A stretch of DNA of 64,000 bases from Tubiluchus corallicola (GCA_030141605.1 JAQGDQ010000269.1:124001-188000); one strand, 5' to 3'. Counted from the stretch's first letter, positions 1 to 14,137 are shown. The notes: a model not told the origin generated them from the letters alone. Translations and numbers: made by a program.

Positions 1-3000
1 CTTATCATCTCTAACAGACGGACAAATGAAGAGACAGTTTAAGAAGATTGTTGCTGTAGGATACGCTGCACTGCCTGATGACGAAGTCAAACAGGTTAGC
101 ATTTGCAAGCGGGAAGGTACTAGTTCAACGTGACTTCGTCGAACGACGTGCTGTATACTTTTTCAAACGTGCAAAACATGATAATAATAATCACTACATT
201 ATCATTAACTAATAAACTTTATCATCAATAGTAATGATATTAGTTCTGCAAAATAGTGCATTCAATTCTAATTACAGATTTCTAATTCATTTGTAAACAG
301 AGAAGCTCCACTAACGTACTATTATGTGTGTTAGTCAATGTAATATATTATAGGCTTTACATTTTGCCATATGTGTTTATTAAAATATTATGTCTACCTG
401 CAAAATAGATGAAAAATTATTGTAGTTACTATATCTCAAAATCAGATGTCAATTTAAAAATAAATAACTTCATTTGCGTAATATTATAATCTAAATCTTA
501 TGTGTGTACAAAATACGGCAACAAAAATTAAAATTAACCAAATGTACTGGTTTACATTTAGTTGTTATTGATTTCTGATTAAAACTAATTCTGCATTACC
601 TTCAATAAACCTACGTAGTAATTAAATTATTTTTCACAAGTGGTTTATCTACTGTAGATTCATCCGTTCATTATCATCATTCATTACTGTCGAGTTCATC
701 ATCTAATGTACGTAATGAACCAGGAGAATGATTAGTCTTTCTAAAAACTAAAGAATTTCTGTTAAATTTTCTGTGTTAGTTTCTTTGTTCAAATAGTAAA
801 AACTTCTCAGATTGATCTACTTTGCATTTTTATACTATGATGTAAATGTGTTGTTTTTCAGTTAAACACTGTACTGGGTAATATGTCAGTACGGTACAGT
901 ACAGGTAAAATATGTGAATATGGAAAGATGTGTTCACCTGACAGTGATGAGAACAAAATTCCTCTCAGTCCAGGTAAGAATATTACATACCTTTTTAAGA
1001 AGAAAACTTCTTCTTAAAGTTTTCACTATAGTTGTTACCTATTAATTAAATAGTATTAACATTCTTGAATGAAAACAGGTTGATTTTTCATATGGTACCC
1101 CATTTTGAAATATGGTAACAAGTATGCATTTTAAGGCTTATAATAATTACAAAGCTTTTTGCATAATTAAATAATAAGTTAAAATCTTAATTAACAGCAG
1201 GTGAACCCAACTAGTGATGGCATCACAACTGAACATAGTATTTAATAGCACAAACATTCCATGAGCGTATTGCACGTGTTTGCAAAAGCGAAAATTGAAT
1301 CATAGTGCTACTGTATAACAGTCAGTGTGACAAAAATTCAAATTTCAAGTTTACATCTGTGCTCACTCATGAGCTTTTGAATGTGCGCACTGTATCACAA
1401 CTGAACTGAGGGGCACAGCTCCTGGTTTTTGTGCAATGCGTTTCCAAGATTTGGACACTAGTGCCCATCTAACTGGACATGACGAAATGCATGTCACTGC
1501 AAAGAACTAGCCACGTGAAATTACCATTCTATGGTAATATATTCTTTCACTATAAAAAATAGTATATTCCTTTTCAATATTTTATAGGATTGATTGTTTT
1601 GAGCTATAATTTAAGTTGGGTTTTCTTTAATAGTGGCTTGACCATATTAGTGTCAGTATTGAAAATATTTGGTTTCAGTTCCCCGTGGAGATGCAAAGTT
1701 TTTTAGACTCTAATTTCGCCGTGCTTTCTCTGTTTATATGATTGATTTTGTGCATTATTTTGATACAAAATGAATTGCAATTCCCCATAGGATAGACTTA
1801 TATTGGCTAGTAGTGTAAATTTCTGACTGGTGAAAGTCAGAATACCTCTGTGGTCTAACAATTAGCACATCTGTCTGAAAAGCAGAAGGCCCTTGGTTCA
1901 AGTCTCAGTGGAGGTGCAAAAACTTTCAGACTTCAATTTAATATTGTTTTCTTATATTTATTTGATTGCATGCAGCCAAGTTGAATAGCTGAATGTTCAC
2001 AACATGGGCCTAAATTATTGAAGAAGCAAAGCTGAATCTGGTTAGTAGATGGATATGTGACTGCCTGGAGAGTGGCTTCTGGATAATTATAGTCCCGATG
2101 CTGCTGCTTCCACCTATACATGTCATTGAGAGAAGAGAAAGCACCTGAACATGACTTTGACTCTTCTTTCTTTTCGTCTTTCTTCAGTAAGATAGATAAT
2201 CAAGGACATTGCAAATGAAACTGCCCAAAATCTTTTTTCTGCCAATCGCTCATGCATTTGCTGACCAGGTCGCTACACTATGGTCAAACAAAAACAGTCA
2301 TGTCTAAAACTACTATTACATTGCAGACGTAACGCGGATCTTTGCTAAATCTCGTGACTACGACGAGTTGTTACATTACTGGCAGGGATGGCATGACAAC
2401 GTCGGGGCTTCGATGAAGAAAGATTTTGCAGAATATGTTCGTCTCAGTAACAAAGCTGCTGTGTTGGATGGTGTGTTGCCTTGTTTTTTGGTACAAAAAT
2501 TGTACAAAATTTCTTTGTGGGTTGTCGTGTCAATTTTTCACTTAAAAATACTATGCTAAGAATGTAGACTGAAAGAGTGTAACTGTACCTGCAAGTGAAA
2601 CTTCTAGAATGCAAAAATGTGGACAAATCTATTACTACTTTTCAGGTTTTGAAAATTATGGTGAATACTGGAGGCGTGATTACGAATCTGAAACATTTGT
2701 CGATGATGTTGCTAAGTTAATGGATAATTTGATGCCTCTGTATCAGCGTTTGCACACGTATATGAGGTACAAGCTAGGGACGGTATACGGTGTGAGATAT
2801 GTGAATCAAAAGGGTCCAATTGCTGCACATTTGTTAGGTAAGCCATAAGATGCATCATTCACAGTAGCCATGTTGCTTTCAGTTTGATAACATTAGTTGT
2901 GTTGCAAGTTTCAGTAGCATAAAATCATTTTATTTGTTATAGAAATATATGCATTCCTGTCGTTGAACTTTTAGTAAGGCAGTAAACATTGTCGTTATGG

Positions 3001-6000
3001 GGCCATTCTGGGCCATTACTGGCATTTAGGCATGTACGTTATTGGCTCAGTACAGGCAAGCCAAAACTGGTAATCGGGCCAGTAACTTGCTTGTACAGCG
3101 CCTGAACTGTTTGCACACTGACATGTTACTGGCTTAATTCTGGCAGTCAGTGCTAGCCCAGCATGGAACCGGTTACTGTGCCAGAATTGGCTGTATTAAG
3201 ACCCGATTCAGGCAACCTAATTAAACCCTTATTGGGACTGCATAGTAATTGTTTTCATTTCTAGCTGTATTCTTTTTTCAAATCAGGAATTATACACACG
3301 AAAACAAATGTACACAGTAATACATAATCAAGACATGTAATCTGACAAGCAATATATAAAACAAGAGATATATATTAGTCTGAAAGACTGGCGCAATACA
3401 GAGTAAAAAGTACAAATTTAATACATTATTATAAGGCTACTAGCAAAGGCCCCGCAAAAGATTTTGCGTAAAAAACCACGTATAATCAATAATACGCGAA
3501 CATCCTACACAGTCCTCATTTATAACACAAAGCCCGTAAAGCCCGTAACATCCTGCCTACTTACCTAACGCAAAGCCTGTAGCCCGTAACATCATGCCTA
3601 CTGTATGTCTGTTTATCTAACACAGAGCAGCTTTTTGCTGAATTAAAGTTATAGAGTACAATGGATAACGTCAGCACAATGGAATTCGGTCTGCAGTTTT
3701 CTAAGGCGAAAATTGTCGAAATTTGCGGAAAATAGAACACGAATTAACTCATCGATACTCCTCTCGGTGGACCTGCCCTAACATATAGCCCACATCATCG
3801 TGTAGCTCTGTCCTTCCTCTTTGTAAAGAGCCCCATATCTCTTTCCTAGAGTCCCACCGGGCGACGCTAGAACGTTTTTCCCGCATGCTGTTTGGTCAAA
3901 ATTTCGAAAAAATCGCGAGTTGGGTCCGGGAAAACGCCCGTTGCGGGGCGCCCTGGCCCTCTCGGGAATTCTAAATATACCTACTACACCCACCGCTGAA
4001 CGGGCTATCTATCCATACCCAGGACCACCCTCGGCCCATTCCCGTTCTCTACATCTCCACCGTATAACTTTTGCAATTTTTTGCAAAAAACGGTCGAAAA
4101 AGGGGCATTTTTGGAGGTTTTTCGCCCCCCCCCCCCGATTCTAAAAATAAACCATCAATGGCACGACACTAGATCGAGACCTTTCGTTTGATGTATAGAT
4201 CGCCGCAAATGGTGCCCTCGTCCGGGCTGTAGCCTCGAATCTTATATATATATAAATATACCAAGAATATTATATAAGGTTATTTCAATATTATAAAAAA
4301 GTTGTGTATTGTCTAAAATTGTTGTAATGATAATATAGTAAAATTAAATTAAAAAATAGGCCTAAAAACATTTATGGACTAAAAAAGGCTGGATCTGTCC
4401 ACGCAGGTTTATTTTCTGCATTGCAAAGCTGCTACAGTGACAAAAAGCCAAATACATTGAAAATGAACTGCTTTTCTATTTATTGCCAATTGAAGTGTGG
4501 TATAATTATATCATCCATTTTGTACTATTTCGAACATCGCTTTTGCTCTATTTATGCACATCTTATGCATATTTTAGTTCGCCCAAAGTTGCTTTGTGAA
4601 TTCTAATGTATGAAAGTATGGCTACATTTTTCTCTTGCTTAAAAAATTATGATTGCTTTTAGGAAACATGTGGGCGCAACAGTGGAGTAACCTTCTTGAC
4701 TTAGTGGAGCCATTTCCTGGAGCACAGACTGTGGATGTAACAAATGAAATGGTAGCACAGGTTTGTAGACTACAGAGTCTGAAATTGTTCACGACGTGCT
4801 AACTTCTACTGTTACACAAATTATTAACCTCCCTCGGTATCTTTTTATTGTTCTAAATAATCCATTGCATCTTTCTTCTGAAAAACAGTGATACCACATC
4901 ACTGATATCGTCACAAGATGTCTAGTTTCTTATGTTCTAGCCAGAGTCTATGAAAGGTCGTGCAGCTTGAATTTCATCGGGACAGTATTACACAAGTAAT
5001 AAAGTTACACTAAAAATTATAAATTTTATGAACTTGTAACTTCTGTTATACTTGTGTCAGTAACAATCAAAATTTTCTTTGACATCATTTGTGTCACTGT
5101 ATATAGAAATCATTTCCTGAGTAGGGTCTTCGAAGGCGGAGAGGCCCCACAATGTTCAGTGCTGCAACAGCTCTCCTTTTGGGTACTTTGTTTCCAGCAA
5201 AATCGGTTTACTGAAAGTTGTATAAAATTTTGCACACTTTTAAAGGGATACACAGCTCAGAAGATGTTTAACATTTCTGAGGATTTCTTTACATCTCTTG
5301 GTCTCATTGAAATGCCGCAAGAATTCTGGGAAGAGACTATGATGGTAAAACCGGATAACAGGAAAGTGGTCTGTCATGCGTCAGCTTATGACTTTTATAA
5401 TCGTAAAGACTTTAGGTGAGATCAATAATACCTGTTACCTGCATGCTAGAAATACTGCGATCACAGAAATAATTTGATCTCAGATTACCTTATTCGTCTT
5501 ACCGGATATTATGTACTCCTAGACTGTGGCTTCTATGCCAATTCACCGCCCCACATGCAAACAACACTAGTTGTTATGACGATGGTGGGACTAGGTCAGA
5601 CTAGGTTAGCCTGAAAGAAGTGAAAGAAGCAGAATTGCAAGAAAAAAACGAAGCTTGTCATCTTTCAAATGAAGATTGCTAAGAAAACCAGAGGCGTAGC
5701 AAGGGGGGCGAGAGGGTGCAAAATTTTTCTAGAGTTTAATGACTATTAATTATTAATCACTAATCCGACATTAACAATTAATAATAGTTTTCAAACTGTA
5801 GCAAAATTGCCTAGTCTGAGCTCATGGCAGCCTACTTAATTACTACGTACAGGTTAGAAAAAAGTTAATGTTGTTACTCACTGGCATGTGTATACAAGGT
5901 GACCCGTGGCTTAGCAGATTAATAATTTTGAGAGAAACGGTGGCATCATTCTCGAAAGGCAATTGTATTATTATGAAGTGTTCTGTATCTTTCATAACCT

Positions 6001-9000
6001 CTGCATGCTTTAATGCTGGAGCTAAATGTTTAATGTCTGTCCTGTTTCCTAACTACTTTTCTAGACCTAGACTAGGGATAGAGTTATTCTGATGCACTAC
6101 TGTATATCAAACTGTTAGAAAAAATATCAGATTCTTAGAAAAAATTTGTTTATCTCATTGTGTCAAAAAAGGAAAGTGTGGTTCAGGGATGCAAGAAAAC
6201 AATGTGTGGCTTCACGTCCAAAACCAATGAGCAACAACACATAAAGGTTGGGGTACCAGATAGAATTTTTTTGCCCCCAGGCACCGCAAGCGCTTGCTAC
6301 GCCACTGAACAAAACTACGGTGCAGTGATAGATCTCGATTCAAAAAAGCTACACGTGATTGCATTTGCTGCCTAATTACCGTATTTTCCCATGTATAAGA
6401 GACCCTTGTGTATAAGAGACCCCTTCAATTTTTAGGCAAAAATTCTGGAAAAAAGTTTTTTGGTAATGAATAACTTTATTCATCATAGAAATCATTAAAT
6501 TCCTCATCACTCTCATCAAAAATATCAACTGGAGTCAGACCTTCAGCAATTCCAGCCAGTTCATCATCAGAGGAGTCACTCTGCTCAAAAATGGTATTGT
6601 CCTCTTTTGACATTTAAAAAAATAATAACTTACCCGGTACATTAATTTTATCATTAGAATTTAGCCATGGAGAAGATTTATTGAAAGGAAACTATTATTA
6701 TTCGAAATAAAACAGTTGTACAGCACTTATTTCTTTAAAATCATTAGTGTCACAATTTATGCATCTTATTGAAAAGACTTACTCCCATGTATAAGAGACC
6801 CCCTATTTTTAAAGTGAAAATTCTGAGCAAAAAAGGGTCTCTTATACACGGGAAAATACGGTACACTAATCATTAACTACTAATTATTAATCTATTAGCA
6901 TACAAACTCAGAACTGACAGCAGCAAAGGCAACACATTCCTATTACAACAAGTCTATGGGGGGAGGACTTTTAAGGTTGCCGACAATGAACTTTATTTAC
7001 TTCCATTCACTATCAATAGGTGGCATGGTGTATACAATTGTTATCTCTTGTTATCCCACAGATAATAAGGCAAACAGATCCACAAGTAGATTTATATTAC
7101 GATGAACATTACAGGTTGCAAACTATTCATGGCGCATTACAGGTCGACGATGCACACATTATTCTTGCGCAGATTAAGTAGATCTTTTATCAGTGTGTCA
7201 GACAAGTCATGCATATCTGTGACACATATATCATTGAAGGTAGTTGATTTTGTTTGGGAAGCCTGCTTTCCATTTTCTCTAGCCGTTGCTACTATGCACA
7301 ATAACAAATAGATTGTACTGTAGTATAAAGATTGTTCATGTTATTTGCATGTTTGTAGGATTAAGCAATGTACAGAGATTACTCATCGTTGGTTGACAAC
7401 AACTCATCATGAAATGGGGCATGTGGAATATTATCTCCAGTACAAGGATCAGCCTGTTAAATTCCGTCGTGGAGCAAATCCAGGATTCCACGAAGCTATT
7501 GGAGATCTAATGTCTCTTTCTGTTGATACACCCAAGCATCTTCATTTACTGGGTTTATTGCATGAACTGGAGGATAATTATGGTAAAAATTTCATTTGAA
7601 ATAATTTGTTATACAGTGAGGTTAAGATTTGCGACAAAAATTCAGTGGTTAAAAGATCATCCATCTATTTAAATATGCCATGATAATTGCGAGTTTACTT
7701 AGCAAGGCATGAAAGTAGTAAGGCAATAGCTATAAGATCAATTCTAAAACGGGAACATTTTTTATTCAGTTCATTTTTCAGACAGCAATTTTTGGGAAAT
7801 ATACGGCTGCCATATGACATTACTGGTCCACACCGATCTTCTAGTTGTAGCTGCAAAAGCATAGTTCATTGTTTATGAGTACTAATTCTTCTCAAAAGCA
7901 GGGATTAGTGATAATGATACTAAGTCTTGGTTGGTTGTGATTTTTTGCAGTTGCTGAATGCTTGTGCACTTTGATCTTAAAAAAATATGCAAAATAACCA
8001 GTTTAAATGGAGTTACATGTATATACTAGGGGTGAGCATCGAACGCTCGAATTGGATTTGAACGAGTTTTTTTAGTTCGAACTCGATTCGAATCCAAAAC
8101 TATAGATTCAAATAATTCAGCACTTCAGTCACATATGTTCCTGATCATTAAACGATTGAAACATCATGCAATTAGCATAATTTAGTTGTGATTTCTGTGC
8201 ACAACTTTAAACAAATTACTAGTCGTTTTATTGCAGAACAAAATCAAGTAATATGCATGATCTTTGTAAGACTATTTTTACTGGTGGTTCGAAAATCGTT
8301 TAATCTCAATTCTAATTCGGTTCGAATTCGAAACACTGAAGTTCGGTTCGATTCTAATTCGAAAGTCACAAATTTGGTTCGATTCGAATTCGCTTTTTGG
8401 TAGAGAATGCTCACCCCTAGTATATACACAAATTCTGTGCAAAGTATACACTGTTGCATACTGCTTTTTCTTGTCTATGGCATGGTATACGACAAGGATC
8501 CACTCAAGGACCATTGCTTTTTCTTATCTACATTAATGACCTTGCTTTTGTTACTAATTTCAATTGGCGTTGTTCCTGGCATTCTTGAATTTATTCACTT
8601 TACAACATTGTGCTAATGAAGAGCCAAAAAGAAGTGATAACTGGATGACAGCAAACAAATTGTCATTTAACAACTCCAAAATGAAAGAATATTATATTAT
8701 TGAGCAGCAAATTTTTACAGGAGGTCTCTTTACTTGTGATCCTAAAATGTACTGTGTCCATAACGTCATGTGCTACACTGAAATAACTGGAAATCAAAGC
8801 CCCTATGTGATGGACGGTTATTACCAGGTACTGAAGGGCCTCATAGTTTCTTGTCAAGTACAGCCAGTTCTTGACTTATGATCACATTCGGTTCCAACTT
8901 TGTATCCCTTCACTTGTTATTTTTCCTGGTCATTTGGTTGTCACTAAACCACTGCCAGAAAGTTTAATTTCATTACTACATTTTTCATTTACAGAGGCTG

Positions 9001-12000
9001 ATATGAACTTCTTGATGAGAATGGCATTAAATAAAATAGCATTTTTACCATTTGGTTATCTCATCGATCAATGGCGCTGGAGCGTGTTTGAAGGCAAAAC
9101 CGGAAGTGAACAATACAACGAAAAATGGTGGGACCTTAGGTATGTGCATTTTTACGAAGTTAACAATCGGCATTAATCACTGCATTTTATGTAGCTCCTA
9201 TAAACAAATATGCTTGAATGTTACTAGTGTACTGTTATATATTTACATGGCTGTTCTGAGGATTAAAACTACAAATACTTCACTGTAACTCCTGTTAGGA
9301 TTTACTAAACTTCTTGTATAAATTGCCCAAAAATTCCGCAATTATGTACAAACATTTGAACCATCTACAAAAATTCTCAGTAAATTCTTGTTTTCTACAA
9401 GGTTCTGTAAGTATGTTGACAAGTCTAACAAGTGAACAGTGCTTTTTCATCAAAGAACCTTACGTTACTGTACTTGCCACAGTACGCTAACGTCCTTAAA
9501 AATAATGCATCATATCGTTATTATTATTTACATAAATGGGCTAAACAGTTCCCCATGCTCAAAAAAATAGTTAGTGAAGTGAATTAAGAATAAGGTTAGA
9601 ATTAGGTTTACGGTTAGGGTGGGGTTGTGGTTAGGATTAGTGTTGGTTAGGGGTAGGGCTAGGGTCAGGGTTATGGTATTTATATTGTAAACTCCTTCCC
9701 ATAAAAAGATTTATATTGAATAATTAGCTACACCATAATTATTCATCAAATTTAAATAGCTAATATGTTATTTTTATGTTGTTTTACTTACAAAAAAGTT
9801 ACTAAACCTATTTTCTTCTAGAATACCAGCATATAAAATTGTCAGGTGTACAAAATTTCAAATATACTATCCCAAATATTTGGACATTCATTTAAAAAAT
9901 ACTTTACTTGTTTAAAAAAATTTGACACGGAATTTCTGAATGCATGAATTATAATCAAACTACAATAATAACTACCGTATGCTGTAGTTGTAACTGCAAA
10001 TTGTGACAAAACAATTAACGTACCATTTTCATATTAGTCACTATTGCCATTGATATGATCAATTACTTGTATGCCATTTGAATCAGGTCTAATAATTATA
10101 GGGATTTTTGAATAATTTTCTTTAGATGCAACCTTCAAGGAGTACAAAGTGCATTCAGAAGAACAGAAGGACACTTCGATCCTGGAGCTAAATACCATGT
10201 GCCTAATAATGTGCCATACATACGGTATGTTTGTGCCTCTGTCTTGAAGCTAAATGCCATGTGTGTGTTCACATTATACTAATTTCTTAAAATAAATAAA
10301 AACGATATCTGTATTATTTCTAGAAATAATAAGAATGATATTTAGTGATTTCATTCATATTGCTTTTCTCGGGTCTGCTTTTTTGTGGAATTTTTTAGCC
10401 AGCACTGTATTGTTTTCCATATGCCTTGTATTGTTTCCTCCCTTCCCTTTCTTCTTCCTATCCCTAATCTTACTAATTTTCTATTCCATCATGTTTACTA
10501 ACTTTAACCTTTCTTTCATTCACTCATTCCGGCCACCTTAACAAGCCAAGCTTTCAAGGTGTCATACAGTCACTGTTTTACTTGGTTAGTTTGACTTCAT
10601 CAATGTTTTTTTATCTAAACTGGTTTTTTAATCATATTGTACGTTGATGTATTGTACTTGTGTTGCTGGAGTGAAATAAATTGATTTGATTTTACATTCT
10701 GAAAAATGAATATCATGCATTATAATATCAATGTTAGCTCTGTTTCTCATTCTTAGTGATTGTTGGACAGTTCAAGTATTATTTATTCTGTTGGATCTGC
10801 TACTTCCTTTGTTTGTTTTTCTCTATTTTTCTTTTTCCTAACTCAGTCTGTCAAGTGATAACTGCAGTGTTTAAGGTTACGTTTTTTTACTTAATTTACT
10901 AATATTTCTTCCTAAACTGCTGATACAATATAGAAAAAGCATATTATTGGTAGTCTGTTTCATATAATACTTAACTGATAGTCGTAGATGTCATAGTGTA
11001 AATGATATTTTGAACAATGTTAACTTTTCCGTTTTGTAATGTTTTGATACATTACCACATCATGTGCCACCATCTGAATAACGAGTGAATCACAACGCAG
11101 TAAGTTGCTTCCTTGTAGAATAAGCCCTGGAGAAAATGAGTCGTGCTCTTGTTTTTAGTTATTAGTAAATGTTTTTTTCTAGATATTTTGTGGCTTTTGT
11201 AATTCAGTTTCAATTCCACAAGGCACTGTGTGATGAAGCAGGTCACGTGGGACCATATCACAAATGTGACATCTACAATAGCACGGAAGCAGGAGAGAAG
11301 CTGGCGTAAGTCTTCAATGCTTTAGCCAAGTCAGAGTATAGGATGACGTTTCTTTCTATTGCTTCTCTTAAGCCCTGTTTACACCATGGAAAAGAAACGC
11401 GATTTGTCCTGGACCTGCTTAGTCCCTTTCACACCTTTAAAGGAAAACCAGCCCTCGAACAACAATAAAAACATTTTAATGTACAATTAAAAATGTTGAA
11501 ATCACCACAAAATATATGCGCATAAAATGCCTTGCTTAAAAATGCAAAAGAAATTTAAATATTCCCTATTTCCCGCCAAATGAACATTGCTACCGCCATA
11601 TTTAAAAAAATTACTGTAATCTGGTGCCTGCTGGGCAGAGTGAATGCCATGAAGGCAAGCTGTGGTGAAGGTACATATTGCAAAATTTCTACAGTTCACT
11701 CAGAAGTTTCGTTGTTCTAGCATTGTGTTTAACTGTGTTTATGTAAAAATTAGTCATTGGATCAATGATGACCAAAAACAAAGTGTTAACATAGATTTAA
11801 TCAATAGGATTATACCTTAAAATGTGTAAGTGGTGTACATTTATTACGTAAATAATTAATTAACCGATTTTTGTTGACTTTCAGGTATGCACACAAACTT
11901 GCGAGCATATAGTAGTTGCCGGCCTGGTTACTTAGTTTATAAACGTTGCTCTAAAAATAAAAAAACTATCGCTGAAGCATCTGGCAGAATAAGTATTCAT

Positions 12001-13274
12001 ATTACATAGTAGCTGGATGATGCCAACTGGATGATTGAAGTGATCCCGACTTTCAATTTGTTTTGCTAATTGCTTGAGGCGCTTAGCACAATTTCATTGC
12101 TGAAACTTTCTAACATTTCTCCCAAATATTACAATAAACTCAACTTGCGGACTGACTTGACTTTTGCTTTAATGACTTTGTCCTCTGGATCCCTGTTTAC
12201 ACTACACGTAGACTTGTAGACCGAACCTCTGTCATTAAAAACACAGTGTCACATTCAATGAAAAGTGTTTGATCAGTGTTGGCTTGTGATGGGCATATAT
12301 GTCCTACTAACTGTACGAAATTAGTCCTGGTCCTGGATATGTACATCTCCTATTTCAGATGCAGGAAGTAGTCACTGAATGTCCACACTCACAGTGGTCA
12401 CTTTGGCCGTGTGACTGTTTACATTTAATCTGGATCAAAAACGTCCACAATGGGCAGGCTATTTTTTGCCTTGTGTGAGCTAGGTTTCACATTCTTTATG
12501 TTCTTATATTTAAAATTCTCAAACCAACATATATTTATAAATCTTATAGCTTTAAAAGATAATGCATCGATTTTTAACGATTTGTAAATATTACTGTACA
12601 AAATATTGCTGTTTGTATTTTATGGTAGATATTTCTTATTTGTGCATTTTTTTCAGGGCAGCTCTACGTCTAGGGTCTTCACGTCCCTGGCCGGAAGCAA
12701 TGAAATTGATAGCTGGCCAGGAGGCCATGGATGTGTCTGCCCTCATGGATTACTTTGAGCCACTTACTGAGTGGCTGGACAGGCAAATAGAGCAGCACAG
12801 TCTCACTGTGGGATGGAATTGTTCAGAGACAACGAGCCTTTTCACAGTTCCAGCGATTAATGATGATCGTGAAAAGGTCAAAGGTTAAGTGTGCCAGACA
12901 ATGTATTTGTGCACACTTGACAATGTCTCGAAGCCCAAGCTGCTGTAATACTAACAATTTTTACAGCGAGCTAGAACCTTACTAAGTTTATTTTTTTCTG
13001 TTCCCAAGCAAGATCCTACTAGTAAATCACTTTATGCACAGACTAATGCAGAGCTAAGTAAAGGCCATGTAAAACAACTGACCTGATGGCCTTGCTTTTC
13101 TCGCATGCCACGTGACGGTTGTAGTTAAGACGCGTTGCTATAGCACACGTGGACCTGCAGCAACTGCGCGTACGTACAACTGTGAAAAGGCTTATTAAGT
13201 GAAAAACGTAGGAACATGCGGTTTTGTAACATAATTGTGTTTTAGAATCTCATGCTGACAGCCATTCCACTTGA
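1..13274 (+). CDS. ACE: Angiotensin-converting enzyme-like peptidyl-dipeptidase A (peptidase M2), 5'-truncated by the window edge
   Basis: Phase-consistent GT-AG exons: <1-94, 862-973, 2327-2470, 2646-2837, 4663-4760, 5246-5415, 7359-7582, 8995-9139, 10126-10224, 11183-11305, 12657-12883. The gene ends either at the unspliced stop 12886-12888 or via a last exon 13246-13274 (ESHADSHST*). ACE motifs: [84 protein letters not shown]. Confidence 0.97.
1845..1932 (+). mobile_element. tRNA-derived SINE-like remnant
   Basis: A-box-like TGGTCTAACAATTAGC and B-box-like GGTTCAAGTCTC followed by tail TGCAAAAACTTTCAGACT. Related copies at ~1630-1710 (+) and ~20138-20208 (-). Confidence 0.55.
3440..4260 (-). 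mobile_element. Non-autonomous Helitron-like element
   Basis: The minus strand ends in CTAG (3443-3440), ~10 bp after a perfect hairpin CGCAAAA-GA-TTTTGCG (3453-3468). The other end lies in a (TA)n tract at ~4243-4260. The body is GC/CpG-rich relative to the flanks and has short internal tandem repeats (AAGCCCGTAACATCC, 3530-3600). Confidence 0.7.
5689..6307. mobile_element. hAT-like MITE
   Basis: TIRs CAGAGGCGTAGCAAG / CTTGCTACGCCACTG; 8-bp TSD AAGAAAAC / AACAAAAC (7/8). Confidence 0.75.
6379..6861 (-). mobile_element. pogo/Tc1-mariner superfamily non-autonomous element, copy 1
   Basis: TIRs CCGTATTTTCCC(A/G)TGTATAAGAGACCC with TA on both sides. Near-identical inverted copy at 29018-29633. 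Retains an acidic 45-aa mini-ORF (6613-6476, -). Confidence 0.85.
7359..7582 (+). CDS. ACE: ACE catalytic exon (HEXXH zinc motif plus EAIGD third ligand)
   Basis: Translates [55 protein letters not shown]; flanked by tag/gt. Confidence 0.97.
8027..8419. mobile_element. hAT-like MITE (TTCGAA-rich)
   Basis: TIRs TAGGGGTGAGCAT / ATGCTCACCCCTA; perfect 8-bp TSD GTATATAC (8019-8026, 8420-8427). Diverged relative at ~18788-19174. Confidence 0.85.
9593..9676 (+). repeat. Degenerate telomere-like (TTAGGG)n tract
   Basis: GGTTAG/TTAGGG/CTAGGG/TCAGGG variants in tandem inside an ACE intron. Confidence 0.6.
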
Positions 13275-14137
13275 GCAAAACAATGCTCCAAGAGGTTGTG
13301 ATTGCTGGTAAATTTTGTCATACACTGATACCTGCTACTCATAGGGTCTTCTTGTCAAAGTTGGCATGCGTAGCAGTGTGCTAACACAAAATTTATCTAA
13401 ACGAATGGCCTTTTTTCAAAAATACTACTCGCCACGTTATATATTGCTCAATTATTCATTAAAGGCTTTGTTTATTTTGCTTAGCTAGTTCTCCAGTTAT
13501 TGAAATTATTAATTAATGCACCTTAAACCCATTAATTGTATTAAAAGGCAGATTTTATTATACTTTTACTGGATGTTATTATAGTATATTTTGTCTTCAA
13601 TATCTACATGCTATATCTTATAGATTGTACTATTTCATTTACAATGTTATTATGTTACATCTACAAAAACACAATTGCCCACTGTTTTCAAGGTAAATGC
13701 TGTTGTTTAATAGTATTAAATTTATGGTGCTATACTTCTTGCATTATTATACATATAAAAATTGTTTGTATACAAATTTATTATGCAACTTATTGCACTT
13801 TTCTTTACTATTATTACCCAGGAGCAAGATTTGTTTGGGAGCATACTGTCTTGAATACAAGCTCAGTTTAAAATTATGTTTAAGCAATTTAAATATCATC
13901 AGGTATGTGTTATGGTCCATCTATATCCCGCCTTCCTGCAGTATAGACATAATTTATGCATGTAATTTAAATTTTAAGTAGAAGCAGACAATGAAAACAG
14001 AGATAAAACAACCAGTCATGTCAAATTGTTTTATTATCGAGTTATTTTACTACTCTATCATGACTATGTGATACCTTTTATGCAAACCAGTTTTACTGCA
14101 CTATAACTGCGTACAGTTATTAATGTGTATAAATTGC

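Noticed and set aside
1845-1915. Possible tRNA genes (also ~19620-19690, 20138-20208, 59130-59195)
   Set aside because: No complete cloverleaf could be drawn; they share SINE-like tails.
10335-10541. Hydrophobic ORF as a possible ACE transmembrane exon
   Set aside because: It lies mid-domain between two phase-compatible exons and is T-rich low-complexity sequence next to a LINE-like tail.
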